Shown here piece after piece: positions 50,135 to 57,827 of a DNA stretch of 64,000 nucleotides. The stretch lies in contig CACFQR010000001.1 in the NCBI GenBank assembly GCA_902568465.1, positions 100,525 through 164,524 on the forward strand, in the 5' to 3' direction. A program made the translations under genes and the position numbers. Within the stretch, counting starts at the first letter, position 1. The number at the start of each line of letters is the position of its first letter. The notes beneath the pieces were generated by a model. It did no database searches, had not been told where the DNA came from, and saw only the letters and a list, made by a program, of their open reading frames with translations. The stretch is from an uncultured Pelagibacteraceae bacterium (GTDB lineage: Bacteria; Pseudomonadota; Alphaproteobacteria; Pelagibacterales; Pelagibacteraceae).

Positions 50135-50689
50135 CTAATCCTTTAATTTAGGTCTTTTTTTTCTATTTTTATTAACCATTTCTTTTTCATAGATTATTGC
50201 TTTTCTAAGAATGGCAACTTGAAGCTCACTTTCAATAGCTGAAGTAATTTTTTTGACCGTACATGTTTGTTGTATGTTACATTTTTTTTTATGAATAATA
50301 ATTTTTAATCCATCTGCTCTTACTTCGTTAGTTAAAAATCTTATAGTAATTTTAATTGATTCATCTGCTGCTGTTCCTTCATTGTACCAATCGGTACTTA
50401 TAATTCCTCCTGAGTAATCAACATTTGATAAAGGCAAAAAGTCAAGTATTTCTAGACTTGCCCTCCACATAGGGTTTGAACTTGCAAATTGATAATTTGT
50501 ATTTTTATTTGATCCTCCACCCATTAACGTGAAACCTTTACCTTCTTCCAAATTTTTCTTAACTCTTTCGTCGGCATTTGGTGAAACTTTTCTTGCATCA
50601 ACAGGCTTGTATATGCCACAAGAACTTAAAAAAATTAAAATACTAATCCCACATAGAATTTCGAAAGTTTTAAATTTTGAAAAGTACAT
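50135..50689 (-). CDS. Lipoprotein, DUF3576-like
   Basis: Lipobox (LSSCG). Size and position next to leuS match a conserved alphaproteobacterial DUF3576 gene. Assigned from memory. Confidence 0.55.
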   Translation of the reverse strand: MYFSKFKTFEILCGISILIFLSSCGIYKPVDARKVSPNADERVKKNLEEGKGFTLMGGGSNKNTNYQFASSNPMWRASLEILDFLPLSNVDYSGGIISTDWYNEGTAADESIKITIRFLTNEVRADGLKIIIHKKKCNIQQTCTVKKITSAIESELQVAILRKAIIYEKEMVNKNRKKRPKLKD

Positions 50690-50766
50690 AAATATATATA
50701 TATACGTTTATCACATAAATTTTTGCATTAAATTCACAAATGAAAAGATGTAAAAAAATGCCTAAA

Positions 50767-50796
50767 TTGCTAGCTTTTTTGCTATATGCTTATAAT
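50767..50796 (+). promoter_or_regulatory. Sigma70-like promoter candidate for the porin pair
   Basis: TTGCTA (50767-50772), an 18-nt spacer, then TATAAT (50791-50796). An 18-bp palindrome (TTTACAACAATTTGTAAA, 50806-50823) follows immediately. Confidence 0.4.
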
Positions 50797-50922
50797 TGTG
50801 ATAAATTTACAACAATTTGTAAAAATATTGATATAACAACGCTTTTTAAGTTTTTTTGAAGGTATTACGTGATATTTTTGCACTAATTCATATGAATAAT
50901 AACAATAAAGAAGGAGTTAACT

Positions 50923-51933
50923 ATGAATAAATTAACAAAAGTCGGACTTTCCGCATTGTGCGGATCTCTGGCGGCCGTTGCGTCTGCGCAAGCAGGTGCA
51001 CTGAATGTTTCAGGTGGCGCAAACGCTACATGGTCATCTAATGAGGGTGAAACTACAGGTAACCCAATTGGTATGGCTTCTGGAGTTACATTCACAGGCA
51101 CAGGCGAACTTGATAATGGAACAACGTTTACGTTGACTATTACAGGCGCCGACCAAGCTGGATTCTCAGCGTCACAAATTGCGTTGACGACACCTAGCAT
51201 GGGAACGTTTACAATTGACAACTCAGGTGGTGGTATTGATCGTTTTGACGATATGATGCCTACAGCTTGGGAAGAAGTAGATGGTACATCACTAGGTATG
51301 GGAATGGTTACTGTAACTGGTGTTAAAGGCCATGGTCACGTTGAATGGAGTCTTCCTGCAGACATGCTTCCAGAAGGAATGGCAGCACATATAGCTTATT
51401 CACCAAGAGTAGCTGGTGGTAAAGTTAATGACAAAGCTGTTGGTGGTGACTCAGGAAAAATGGGTTCAGGTTATGATATAGCTGTTTCTCACAATGCCCT
51501 TATGGATGGGTTAAATGTGTTTGCTGGTTACTCAGCAATTGAACAAGCTAATGATAACACTGATGGTGACAAAACAAGTAAAGTTATCGGTGCAACATAT
51601 GCAATGGGTGGTTTTACAGTTGGTTACCAACAATCATTAGAAGCAAACCAAACAGTTGGTTCTGCGACGAACAGTTATTATGAAAACACAGCTTATGGTA
51701 TTTCATTTAGCGTAAATGATAATTTATCACTAAGTTATGGTCGTCATGAATCTGACTCAGCGCAAACTGATGGTACATCTGACAATCTTGAAGGTGAATC
51801 GTTCCAAATGGCTTATTCTATGGGCGGAGCAACTATTAAGATAGCTGAATCAAGTGTTGATAACGGTGCTTACACGACTGGTACATCTGCAGACAAAGAT
51901 GCCACAACTGTAATGCTGTCATTAGCATTTTAA
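50923..51933 (+). CDS. Outer-membrane beta-barrel porin (paralog 1)
   Basis: Signal peptide ending AQA, a G/T/S/A-rich sequence with alternating beta-strand pattern, a C-terminal Phe (LSLAF), and a strong AAGGAG Shine-Dalgarno sequence. Confidence 0.75.
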   Translation: MNKLTKVGLSALCGSLAAVASAQAGALNVSGGANATWSSNEGETTGNPIGMASGVTFTGTGELDNGTTFTLTITGADQAGFSASQIALTTPSMGTFTIDNSGGGIDRFDDMMPTAWEEVDGTSLGMGMVTVTGVKGHGHVEWSLPADMLPEGMAAHIAYSPRVAGGKVNDKAVGGDSGKMGSGYDIAVSHNALMDGLNVFAGYSAIEQANDNTDGDKTSKVIGATYAMGGFTVGYQQSLEANQTVGSATNSYYENTAYGISFSVNDNLSLSYGRHESDSAQTDGTSDNLEGESFQMAYSMGGATIKIAESSVDNGAYTTGTSADKDATTVMLSLAF

Positions 51934-51952
51934 TTAGGGAGAAATAAAAAGT

Positions 51953-52990
51953 ATGAATAAATTAACAAAAGTTGGTTTATCAGCACTTTGTGGATCCCTA
52001 GCAACCGTTGCTTCTGCGCAAGCAGGATCATTGGGTGTAAAAGGTGGTGCAACTGCTACGTGGTCATCTAACCAAGGGGATACTACAGGTAACCCTATTG
52101 GGATGAACTCTGCAGTTACGTTCACAGGATCAGGAGAGCTTGATAATGGAACTACTTTTACTGTAACTTTTACTGGAGCTGACCAAGCTGGATACACATC
52201 TGGCGGAATAGCTATAACTACACCTAGTTTAGGTAGTTTTAGTATTAATGGTGCTACAGGAGGAAACGGTATTGGTGGTTATGATGATAAAATGCCAACG
52301 GCATGGGAAGAAACTTGGGGTACTTCATTAGGTACCGGTATCGACCTAGCTAAAGGTAGCGGATCATCAATGAACGTTCAATACACTACGCCAGCAATAG
52401 CAGGTGCAACTATAAAACTTGCTCATTCTCCAAGAAATACTGGAGGACTTGTTAATGACAAGTCGATTGGTGGAGACAAAGCATCTAGAAAAGGTGCTTC
52501 TGTTGACGGTGTGCTTGACATCTCTGCTTTTGGTCAAAATATTTTTGCTGGTTATTCTTGGAGCGGAGGTACTGAAGGTGCCGACTCTTCTGGAACTAAC
52601 AAAGACAAAAATAGTGATCATGAGGAAGGTGTATTAGGAGCAATACTTTCATTAGGTCCAGTTCAAGCTGGATATCAAGTTACTGGAGAGTTTCTTGGTA
52701 ATGAAAAAACAACAAGCGATGTTTTCGGATACAAAAACACTATGTGGGGTGTCGCATTTAACGTAAATGACAATCTGTCATTAAGTTATGGCGAAATGAC
52801 TTCACGTAAAGGTTACGTATCAGGTGAAACAGTAGCTGTTGAAATGGAAGTTACTTCTATGCAAGTTGCTTACACAATGGGTGGAGCTACAATCAAAATA
52901 GCTGAAACAGAAGGTGATAATCTTAAATACAGTACTGGTACTGCGAATAGCAAAGATGCTACTACTGTAGCGTTATCACTAGCGTTCTAA
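51953..52990 (+). CDS. Outer-membrane beta-barrel porin (paralog 2)
   Basis: Starts 19 nt after paralog 1. The first ~95 aa are closely similar (signal peptide nearly identical) and the C-terminal ~40 aa are similar; the middle is divergent. C-terminal LSLAF. Confidence 0.75.
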   Translation: MNKLTKVGLSALCGSLATVASAQAGSLGVKGGATATWSSNQGDTTGNPIGMNSAVTFTGSGELDNGTTFTVTFTGADQAGYTSGGIAITTPSLGSFSINGATGGNGIGGYDDKMPTAWEETWGTSLGTGIDLAKGSGSSMNVQYTTPAIAGATIKLAHSPRNTGGLVNDKSIGGDKASRKGASVDGVLDISAFGQNIFAGYSWSGGTEGADSSGTNKDKNSDHEEGVLGAILSLGPVQAGYQVTGEFLGNEKTTSDVFGYKNTMWGVAFNVNDNLSLSYGEMTSRKGYVSGETVAVEMEVTSMQVAYTMGGATIKIAETEGDNLKYSTGTANSKDATTVALSLAF

Positions 52991-53003
52991 ATATTTAAAA
53001 GAT

Positions 53004-53573
53004 TTAATTCTTTAGAAAAACCGGCCTTTTATAGGCCGGTTTTTTTTTGAACAAACTAATGCCCCCAAAACCCTGAGCTTTTAGCAAATTTAATTTCCTT
53101 ATATTATTTTTGTTTATGCCTCCAAGAGCAAATATCTTTGTTTTATTGTACTGAGATAAAAAATTAAATTTATGTAATCCTAAATTTTTTTTGGATTTCT
53201 TTACATTAAATACTGGAGATAGAAATATAGCTTCACATTTTTGAGAAATTTTTTTTTGGATTTCTTTTTGATTGTGAGCTGATCCAATAATTGAAAAATT
53301 TTTTTTTTCCAAATTTAAAAAATATTTCGATTTATTGAATGATGGAATATATATTCCATCTGCTTTAACTTTTAATGCTAATCTAACATTATTTGATACA
53401 AATAGTTGATACCTTTTTTTTTTACAAATAGAGGCTATTTTAATCAATTCTCTTTCTCTTTTTGGGTCTTTATAATTTCTATAAATAATACCAATATTTA
53501 TGTTATTATTTTTAAATATTTGATTGCTATATTGATCTAAAAAAATATACAAATTAGGTAAATTTTTATGCAT
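53004..53573 (-). CDS. Thiamine-phosphate synthase family (ThiE/TenI-like) protein
   Basis: TMP-TENI pattern (LYIFLD..., ADGIYIP, GSAHN, FLSPVF, ALGGI). Confidence 0.7.
   Translation of the reverse strand: MHKNLPNLYIFLDQYSNQIFKNNNINIGIIYRNYKDPKRERELIKIASICKKKRYQLFVSNNVRLALKVKADGIYIPSFNKSKYFLNLEKKNFSIIGSAHNQKEIQKKISQKCEAIFLSPVFNVKKSKKNLGLHKFNFLSQYNKTKIFALGGINKNNIRKLNLLKAQGFGGISLFKKKPAYKRPVFLKN
53016..53048. terminator. Bidirectional rho-independent terminator
   Basis: CCGGCC (53021-53026) pairs with GGCCGG (53034-53039) across loop TTTTATA. It is flanked by an A5 run upstream and a T9 run downstream. It lies inside the last 15 codons of the convergent thiE-like gene. Confidence 0.85.
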
Positions 53574-54236
53574 AAAAATGTGGAAAGACTAAATTTAATT
53601 AAAAATAAAATTAAAGAAATTATAGAAAAAAAACAACTAAAAAATGAACCTGAAATAATAGCAGTTTCTAAAACTTTTCAACCTAATCAAATTTTACCTT
53701 TATTAGATGCTGGACATATTCATTTTGGTGAAAACAAGATTCAAGAAGCTGAAAATAAATGGGTTGAAATGAAAAAAAACAACTTAAAAATACAACTGCA
53801 TATGGTTGGAAAATTGCAATCTAACAAAGCCAAAAAGGCTATCCAATTATTTGATTATATCCATTCACTTGATAACGAGAAACTTGCTTTAAAGTTAAAT
53901 CAATATGAAAAGGAGTTAAATAAAAAGGTCAGGTTTTTTATTCAAGTTAATGTCGATAACGAAAAACAGAAATCAGGGATATCATTAAGTGAGCTTAATA
54001 GTTTTTATAATTATTGTACTAAAGAATTGTCTTTAAATATTATTGGATTGATGTGTTTACCCCCAATCAATTTAGACCCAAGCAAATTTTTTAAAATAAT
54101 CAAAGAAAATTCGGATAATCTTAATTTAAGATACACAAGTATGGGCATGAGTACAGATTATGAAGAAGCGTTATTGAATGGCTCGACCCATTTACGGCTA
54201 GGGGCATCTATTTTTGGTGAGAGAAAAATTAACTAA
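53568..54236 (+). CDS. yggS: YggS-family pyridoxal-phosphate homeostasis protein
   Basis: IIAVSKT (PLP lysine), HFGENKIQE, HMVGKLQSNK, and GMSTDYEEA motifs. Confidence 0.9.
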   Translation: MHKNVERLNLIKNKIKEIIEKKQLKNEPEIIAVSKTFQPNQILPLLDAGHIHFGENKIQEAENKWVEMKKNNLKIQLHMVGKLQSNKAKKAIQLFDYIHSLDNEKLALKLNQYEKELNKKVRFFIQVNVDNEKQKSGISLSELNSFYNYCTKELSLNIIGLMCLPPINLDPSKFFKIIKENSDNLNLRYTSMGMSTDYEEALLNGSTHLRLGASIFGERKIN

Positions 54237-54720
54237 TTAAAATTTTAGTATTACTACTAATTAAAGGTAACAATTTTAAAAAATTTTTTTTAGATATAGC
54301 AATGCATCCTTTAGTAGGTCTATATTTTTTATTAGTCATATGTAAAAAAATTGCGCTACCTTTATTTTTTATAATAGGATTTATGTTATATTTAATGTTT
54401 ATTAAACCATCATAAATATTGTCTTGCCTATAAAGTCTTTCTGCACTGTATTTAAAAGGAAATTTTATTTCTTTATTATATTTTTTACTTTTAGGGTCAT
54501 CGCACCACCCCATGTTTTTTTTTAGAATTTTCTTTTTTAGCTTACATTTTGGCAGCCTGATTCTGTCTTTTCTATAGTAAAGAAGTCCTAATTTGAAGTT
54601 ACCCCTTGGTGTTGCTAAATCGCCCTCTTTTTTAATATTTGTAATACCGGATTTACCAACACTACATTTTATTTTATAACCATTATATAAGAGTGAATTT
54701 TTTTTAATTTTTATATTCAT
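54229..54720 (-). CDS. L,D-transpeptidase (YkuD) catalytic-domain protein
   Basis: The H...TKGCIA active-site pattern (IFLHMTNKKYRPTKGCIAIS). I use the internal ATG at 54720 because the 30-codon upstream extension would overlap the divergent gene. Confidence 0.65.
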   Translation of the reverse strand: MNIKIKKNSLLYNGYKIKCSVGKSGITNIKKEGDLATPRGNFKLGLLYYRKDRIRLPKCKLKKKILKKNMGWCDDPKSKKYNKEIKFPFKYSAERLYRQDNIYDGLINIKYNINPIIKNKGSAIFLHMTNKKYRPTKGCIAISKKNFLKLLPLISSNTKILIS

Positions 54721-54721
54721 A

Positions 54722-55360
54722 ATGAATAATTTAACTATATCAATATTCAAAAACAAAATCTTGCTAGAAATTATTAAAGAAATAAAGTTATTTTCAAGAT
54801 TTAAAATCAAATATTATGAAGACCTAGATTTGTGTATTAAAGAATCTAAAAATAATTCACAAATACTTATTATTTTTTTTGATAAGGGTGACCAAAAAAA
54901 TTATAAAAAATTAAAGGAAGTGAATTTTCCAATTATTATAGTGAACAAAGTTTCTAATCCAAAAAATATTTTTTCAGAGGATTTAGTAGAATATACAAAT
55001 ATACCATTTAAAATTTTTGATTTGCATAAAAAAATCATATTACTTTTTGCAAGGTATGAGTTTAAAAAAAGTTCATTAATTAATTTAAATGGATATACAG
55101 TAGATAAAAATGAACGCAAAATTAAAAAAAATAAAATTGAACTTCAGCTTACAGAAAAAGAAATTAACTTCCTTATTTTATTTAGCGAAAATAAAAAACC
55201 TTTAACCAGAGATTTTTTCCTTAAAACAGTGTGGAATTATTCTGCACAAACAGACACTCATACAATTGAGACACACATTCATCGATTAAGAAAAAAAATT
55301 TTTGAAAAATTTAATGACAATAATTTTATAAAAAATAATGAAAAAGGTTATTACATTTGA
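54722..55360 (+). CDS. OmpR/PhoB-type winged-helix transcription regulator with a degenerate receiver-like N-terminal domain
   Basis: The C-terminal trans_reg_C pattern (LTEKEINFLILF...PLTRDFFLKTVWN......THTIETHIHRLRKKI). The N-terminal ~110 aa are receiver-sized but lack the acidic DD pocket. Confidence 0.7.
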   Translation: MNNLTISIFKNKILLEIIKEIKLFSRFKIKYYEDLDLCIKESKNNSQILIIFFDKGDQKNYKKLKEVNFPIIIVNKVSNPKNIFSEDLVEYTNIPFKIFDLHKKIILLFARYEFKKSSLINLNGYTVDKNERKIKKNKIELQLTEKEINFLILFSENKKPLTRDFFLKTVWNYSAQTDTHTIETHIHRLRKKIFEKFNDNNFIKNNEKGYYI

Positions 55361-55482
55361 AAAAGAAAACTAGAAATTATATAGCAAGAGATTTATTTTC
55401 TACAAAGTATAAAAAAAGAATAGTAAAACCCAAAAAGGGGAAAGGAAGTTTCAAAAGAAGAAAGAAAGTTAGTTTAATCTAG
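55357..55482 (+). CDS. Candidate small ORF (41 aa) with an ArfA-like KKGKGS motif (possible alternative ribosome-rescue factor)
   Basis: Hand translation gives M(TTG)KKKTRNYIARDLFSTKYKKRIVKPKKGKGSFKRRKKVSLI*. The TTG start overlaps the upstream stop (TTGA). The ORF fills the only long (108 nt) gap between convergent genes in this window. It is not in the ORF track, presumably because it is below the track's size cutoff. Confidence 0.35.
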   Translation: MKKKTRNYIARDLFSTKYKKRIVKPKKGKGSFKRRKKVSLI

Positions 55483-56398
55483 CCCCAATTTTTTGAATTA
55501 TTTTCGAGGACATTTCTGTTCCTTTTTCTAAACTTTCTCTTAATGAAAGTTTATTAACATAACCGTGTAAAAAACCTGCAGCAAAGAGGTCACCAGCGCC
55601 CGTTAAATCTACAATTTTTAAATTTTTTTTACTTTCACACTCTACAATTTCATTTTTTAGAATTGCAATACTTCCTTTTTCACCGCGCGTAATAACGATT
55701 AGCTTTTCTAATTGCTTACCAAATGTAATTACTTCATCAAAAGTTTTAGCATTTATTAATGATAAAATTTCTTGTTCATTGGCAAAAGTAATATTTAAAT
55801 TATTTTTGACCAAATTAAGAAAGTGAGGTTTATGTCTCTCTACACAAAATAAATCTGAAAGAGACATTGCGGCTTTATTTGAGTTTTTAATTGCTTTATC
55901 AAAAGCTTTTTTAGGATCTCCCTCATCCCACAAATAACCTTCTAAAAAAATCATTTCACTATTTTTGACCGAATTAATATCAACATCATTCTCATTTATT
56001 TTTCCTGCCGTTCCTAAAAAGGTGCACATAGTTCTTTCAGAGTCAGGTGTAATTAATATTAAGCAAGTCCCAGTAGGTAGCTTTTCTTTTTTTTTTGAGT
56101 AAAAATATTCCACTTTTTCTTTTTTTAATCCATCCTCATACTTTTGGCCAAGATCGTCATCATTGACTTTTCCAATAAATCCAACTTTATTTCCAAGCTG
56201 AGAGAGGCCAGCAATAGAATTAGCAACTGATCCACCTGAAATTGTTTCCTCAATCTTTAAGCTTGATAATAATTTTTTAAATTCTGTCTCATCAACAAGT
56301 TTCATAGTGCTTTTGGTTAGTCCGTTTTCTTTTATAAAGCCGTCTTCTACTTTACAAATAACATCTACTATTGCATTGCCAATTCCTAGAATTTTCAT
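55469..56398 (-). CDS. PfkB-family carbohydrate/nucleoside kinase (adenosine-kinase-like)
   Basis: GGSVANS and DLTGAGDLFAAGFL motifs. Confidence 0.85.
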   Translation of the reverse strand: MKILGIGNAIVDVICKVEDGFIKENGLTKSTMKLVDETEFKKLLSSLKIEETISGGSVANSIAGLSQLGNKVGFIGKVNDDDLGQKYEDGLKKEKVEYFYSKKKEKLPTGTCLILITPDSERTMCTFLGTAGKINENDVDINSVKNSEMIFLEGYLWDEGDPKKAFDKAIKNSNKAAMSLSDLFCVERHKPHFLNLVKNNLNITFANEQEILSLINAKTFDEVITFGKQLEKLIVITRGEKGSIAILKNEIVECESKKNLKIVDLTGAGDLFAAGFLHGYVNKLSLRESLEKGTEMSSKIIQKIGARLN

Positions 56399-56400
56399 AA

Positions 56401-57054
56401 TTAAGCTTTCTTTGTTTTTATAGGTGATTTTCTACTAGGATAACAAGTGGTACAAATTTTACAAGTTAAACCGTAGCACTCTCTAGCCTTACAATATTCT
56501 CTGCCATAATAAATTATTTGCAGATGTAGCTTATTCCAATATTTTTTAGGAAATAACCTCTTTAAATCTTTTTCCGTTTGAATAACATTCTTCCCGTTAG
56601 TTAACCCCCATCTTTGGGCTAATCGATGAATGTGTGTATCTACTGGAAAAGCTGGTTTACTAAATCCTTGAGACATAACTACACTAGCAGTCTTATGTCC
56701 AACTCCTGGAAGTTTTTCAAGTTCTTCAAAAGTTTGTGGGACTTTCCCTTTATGTTTTGCAATCAGTTGTTTTGAGAGTAAAAAAACACTTTTTGCCTTA
56801 ACTCTAAAAATGCCTATACTTTTAATTAATTCTTCAATTTTTTTTCTTCCTAATCTCACAAAGTGTTCAGGTTTATTATATTTTGGATAAATATTTTTCG
56901 TCACATTATTAACATTAACATCTGTGGTTTGGGCAGATAACAACACAGAAATTAACAATGTAAATTTATTTCTGTGTTTTAAAGGAATTGGCGTTTTTGG
57001 ATAAATCTTATTTAGAATTTTTAATATTTTTCTAGATCTTTCAATTTCATTCAT
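56401..57054 (-). CDS. nth: Endonuclease III
   Basis: HhH-GPD (LPGVGHKTASVV), DTHIHRL, and a C-terminal Cys cluster. Confidence 0.93.
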   Translation of the reverse strand: MNEIERSRKILKILNKIYPKTPIPLKHRNKFTLLISVLLSAQTTDVNVNNVTKNIYPKYNKPEHFVRLGRKKIEELIKSIGIFRVKAKSVFLLSKQLIAKHKGKVPQTFEELEKLPGVGHKTASVVMSQGFSKPAFPVDTHIHRLAQRWGLTNGKNVIQTEKDLKRLFPKKYWNKLHLQIIYYGREYCKARECYGLTCKICTTCYPSRKSPIKTKKA

Positions 57055-57827
57055 TTGAAATTAAGAACGTCTCTCATAGAGTAAAGTCCGGGTTTTTTAT
57101 TCATTAACCATTTAGCTGCAGTAAAGGCACCTTCTGAATAAAGTGCTCTGTCAAAGGCTTCATGATTTAATGTAATTATTTCTTTACCACTGGAGAAGGT
57201 TACTTCATGTTTACCGACAATCTCACCTTTTCTCAATGAATTAAAATTAATTTTTTTTCCATAAGGAAAAGTTTTTTTATTTAAATATTTTTTTCCAATC
57301 AATTTATAAAATTCTTTATTTTTTCCAACCGCTATACCCTTTCCAAGCATTAAAGCAGTTCCTGATGGATGATCTTTTTTGTGTTTATGATGGATTTCAA
57401 AAATTTTACTTAAGAAGTTATTTCCTAGCGATTTTGATGCAATTTCAGTTAAATACATCAACAAGTTTATACCCAAACTCATATTTCCAGCTCTAAGAAT
57501 TGGTATTTTTTTTGAATATTTTTTAATTAATTTTTCTTCTTTTTTCGAAAATCCGGTTGTTCCAATAACTACTCTTTTTTTCAGTTTTGATGCAATTTTT
57601 AAAACTTCAAAAGTACATTTTGGTGTTGTAAAATCTATTATTAAATTTACTTTTTTGAACGCTTGCTCTGTATTTAAACTAGGTTTAATTCCGCTAATTT
57701 TTCTATTAATTATTCTATTTTCTGTAAGGGCTATTAGTTTAAAATTTTTATCAGCTTTAGTGGATTTAATAAGTTGTTGGCCCATTCTTCCCATGCATCC
57801 AGTAATTGCAAGATTAATTCTTTTCAT
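57051..57827 (-). CDS. dapB: 4-hydroxy-tetrahydrodipicolinate reductase
   Basis: GCMGRMG NAD(P)-binding motif and EIHHKHKKDHPSGTA signature. Confidence 0.9.
   Translation of the reverse strand: MKRINLAITGCMGRMGQQLIKSTKADKNFKLIALTENRIINRKISGIKPSLNTEQAFKKVNLIIDFTTPKCTFEVLKIASKLKKRVVIGTTGFSKKEEKLIKKYSKKIPILRAGNMSLGINLLMYLTEIASKSLGNNFLSKIFEIHHKHKKDHPSGTALMLGKGIAVGKNKEFYKLIGKKYLNKKTFPYGKKINFNSLRKGEIVGKHEVTFSSGKEIITLNHEAFDRALYSEGAFTAAKWLMNKKPGLYSMRDVLNFK

Noticed and set aside
50528-50535. parS half-sites: CGTGAAAC at 50528-50535, TTCCACGTGA at 1817-1826, and TGTTTCAC at about 58503-58510.
   Set aside because: Only one half of the palindrome is present (11 of 16 or fewer matches to the full site), which is consistent with chance.
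50740-50859. 39-codon ORF (MKRCKKMPKLLAFLLYAYNCDKFTTICKNIDITTLFKFF) in the porin upstream region.
   Set aside because: It has no Shine-Dalgarno sequence, overlaps the best promoter candidate, and has no recognisable motif. It is probably a chance ORF.
50883-51221. Long antisense ORFs opposite the 5' parts of both porin genes (50883-51221 and 51934-52197, minus strand), with similar translated sequences.
   Set aside because: They mirror the conserved G+C-richer N-terminal porin segments. Stop codons are rarer in that composition, and the similarity between the two ORFs simply reflects the porin paralogy. They show no Shine-Dalgarno sequence and no independent protein features.
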